Below are positions 62,200 to 64,000 of a stretch of 64,000 nucleotides of DNA, piece after piece; positions within the stretch are counted from its first letter, which is position 1, and the number at the start of each line of letters is the position of its first letter. This DNA comes from Selaginella moellendorffii (lineage: Eukaryota; Plantae; Lycopodiophyta). The position numbers were made by a program, and so were the translations under genes. The DNA lies in NCBI RefSeq assembly GCF_000143415.4, contig NW_003314280.1, forward strand, positions 1,111,663 to 1,175,662. The letters are read 5' to 3'. Below the pieces are notes generated by a model. The model was given only the letters and a program-made list of their open reading frames with translations, did no database searches and was not told the DNA's origin.

Positions 62200-62610
62200 T
62201 TGATTATTCTTTGAGACGCAAGTTTCTTGTCAAGCTTTCCAGAAGGTATTTCGATTTCTCTGTTCCATTTGAGAGCAAAGATGCATCAAGCCAATGTTCT
62301 TCCCCATCCCGTCCACAAAGACACCAGCATATGCTCATTTTTTCTGTACGGTGGCATCTTGTGCCATGCATCCGAAAGTGCCATTCTGTGGAATTGACCA
62401 AACTTTTTTCCAGCTCTAGAATGCCCCAAATAATCAAAACTTCTTCATTAAAACCATCAATGCAGAGATTTTGAGAAAATGTGAGTCATCAAAAACCATG
62501 ATCCAACTCTAACACAAAGGCTCTCCAGCATTTCCCAAAAGGCAAAGAGAATTTGTTGGTTCCAGCGAGTTTCGCACTTGCGACCTTTTGCGTGTAAAGC
62601 AAACGACTAC
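62200..62610 (-). repeat. Inverted degenerate copy of the tRNA-Val locus and its downstream flank (~50980-51560)
   Basis: Reverse complement contains CGTTTGCTTTACACGCAAAAGGTCGC..GAAACTCGCTGGAACCA, TTCTCTTTGCCTTTTGGGAAATG and TGCATGGCACAAGATGCC. Confidence 0.8.
62557..62610 (-). pseudogene. tRNA-Val(TAC) pseudogene lacking the 5' end/D-arm, with a mutated T-loop
   Basis: Anticodon arm and 3' end match 50990-51039; GTTCG has become GTGCG. Confidence 0.8.
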
Positions 62611-63170
62611 AAAGTATTCCCGGGCATTTGCTCATCTCCAACCTGCTATAAACCATTAAACTGATTGTTAAGGCTTCCAAAAGGTTCCATTGTCCGGTGA
62701 TGAGGCGGTTGCAATGCACGCTTGAATCTCAATTGCTGTCTTTGGAGTTGCAAGTGAGTAAATTTTCTTGGTTTCAGCAGCCACGAATTCCACGAGTTGC
62801 AACGTGGATGGTCCAGCATTCTCTGGAAGAGGTGTCGACAGCTTCTTGGTCTCCATCCTGTGATAGTAACCCGAGACAGCTCACCACATCTCTCCATCAA
62901 AGATTCCCCAGTGATCCTCCCTTGGACTAGCAATCCGGAGAGTTATGACGGATCGAAGACGTTTGATCGCAGAGATCTGTGCTCTCCGCAGTTTCGCAGA
63001 GCAGCCGTGAATGCGTCTCTTTCCTGCAAATCTTCGCTGGATGGAACGATGCGGCCATCGCCATGGAGTTCTCAACAGAAAATACTACCTACGTCAAAAA
63101 CCCAGAAGCTTGCTTTGTCTTTCACATGCTCAAACTCAATCAGCTGAGAGCGAAATGATCAGATGGAATT

Positions 63171-63491
63171 TTAATAGTGATGCTTGAGAAGGGTTGTCAC
63201 AGCTTGCTTGTGCCTATGCATCCCAAGGAACCACCTTAACCCAAGCCAGACTCTCGTATAGACATCCAGAGGCAAGCTCGATTTCCACGCAGGCATAGCC
63301 TTGTCCAAAGCCCAGATTACCAGCGCCTCCTTTCCAATCGCACTTTGATTGTCTCCAGTCTGATCTTGGGCGTTTGGCTCCGGCAGTGAGAGATGATCTC
63401 CAACATCCTTTTGCAGCGATGGATCTTGCTCTCTTACCTCGTGTAGCATGGCGCAAATCATGCCTGTGGCTCGTGCAGTGCCCTTGTCCAT
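63171..63491 (-). CDS. Hypothetical 106-aa protein, homologous to the C-domain of the 51891 gene
   Basis: KEALVIWAL...DVYTRVWLGLRWFLGMHRHKQ..LLKH aligns with KEDYVIWAF...NIYLRIWIQLGWYVGVRRWRS..WRKH. Confidence 0.5.
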   Translation of the reverse strand: MDKGTARATGMICAMLHEVREQDPSLQKDVGDHLSLPEPNAQDQTGDNQSAIGKEALVIWALDKAMPAWKSSLPLDVYTRVWLGLRWFLGMHRHKQAVTTLLKHHY

Positions 63492-63533
63492 GGATGATTT
63501 GCCCTTAGAACCCTTAAAACTTAGATTTTTGTA

Positions 63534-64000
63534 TCAGGAACTATCGAGATTGACCGTCTCCGTTGTCCCGAGATGTTTGTGACGGAGCCCATACCTCGCG
63601 AGCACCTGATTATCACCGAAGTTTAGAGCTCTCTCCATTCCCACCCGGCATTTCTCTTCGGGGTACGCCGGATCCTTCCCGCACGGCTTGCATCCCACAA
63701 AATGCGTCACAAAGGGCCAGCGCTCGTCTCCAGGCCCGGGCTGGTTCTTCTCCATGATCTCCTCGTATCGATCCACCAGCGCCACCCAGTAGCCATGCAA
63801 GTAATACGAGTTCTCCAAGAACACGCGCTCTCCCCACATCTGCTGGTTATTCCGGAGCAGAAAGACGAGGGCGGACTGATCGTCGGCCTCAAAGACCGGA
63901 CGATTCCGGAGATTCTGGGACAGAATTTCACCGGCCTTGATCCTGACCGTCCCTTTTGGCCCCATTGGCGCCCAAGCGTTCAGAAGGTCGAGCGACCACT
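63534..64000 (-). CDS. XXT: GT34 glycosyltransferase (xyloglucan 6-xylosyltransferase-like), 5' part outside the window
   Basis: WAPMGPKG, FEADDQSAL, YYLHGYW, RWPFVTHFVGCKPC, MERALNFGDNQVL. Confidence 0.92.
   Translation of the reverse strand, partial: WSLDLLNAWAPMGPKGTVRIKAGEILSQNLRNRPVFEADDQSALVFLLRNNQQMWGERVFLENSYYLHGYWVALVDRYEEIMEKNQPGPGDERWPFVTHFVGCKPCGKDPAYPEEKCRVGMERALNFGDNQVLARYGLRHKHLGTTETVNLDSS

Overview
This is eukaryotic plant nuclear DNA. Introns are very short (~50-80 nt), intergenic gaps are tiny, and one PPR gene is built from tandem 31-aa repeats; together these suggest a lycophyte, probably Selaginella (inference). Genes in order: PLS/SS-type PPR; a LisH-like Lys-rich protein; a trihelix TF; four arabinogalactan (AG) peptide genes, one frameshifted; RBOH; tRNA-Leu(CAG); THO1; FAM91A1; a MATE transporter; PI4K-beta; an aspartic protease; three MTHFSD/COG0212+RRM paralogs plus eroded duplicates; a double zinc-finger gene; DUR3; NPF8/PTR; a SOBIR1-like LRR-RLK; PLD-alpha; tRNA-Val(TAC); an orphan gene family; a young, intact Ty3/gypsy LTR retrotransposon; and the 3' part of a GT34 xylosyltransferase. 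Most notable observations: (1) a complete -1 ribosomal frameshift signal (G-GGA-AAC, 6-nt spacer, H-type pseudoknot) between gag and pol; (2) animal-like MTHFSD-RRM fusion paralogs, two of them head-to-head with start codons only 48 bp apart; (3) the NPF gene bracketed by a ~600-bp direct duplication of the DUR3/RLK junction; (4) an unrecognised ~100-aa protein family interspersed with tRNA-Val remnants. All family assignments come from motif recognition by eye; no database searches were run. Exon boundaries were inferred manually, and CDS coordinates span introns.
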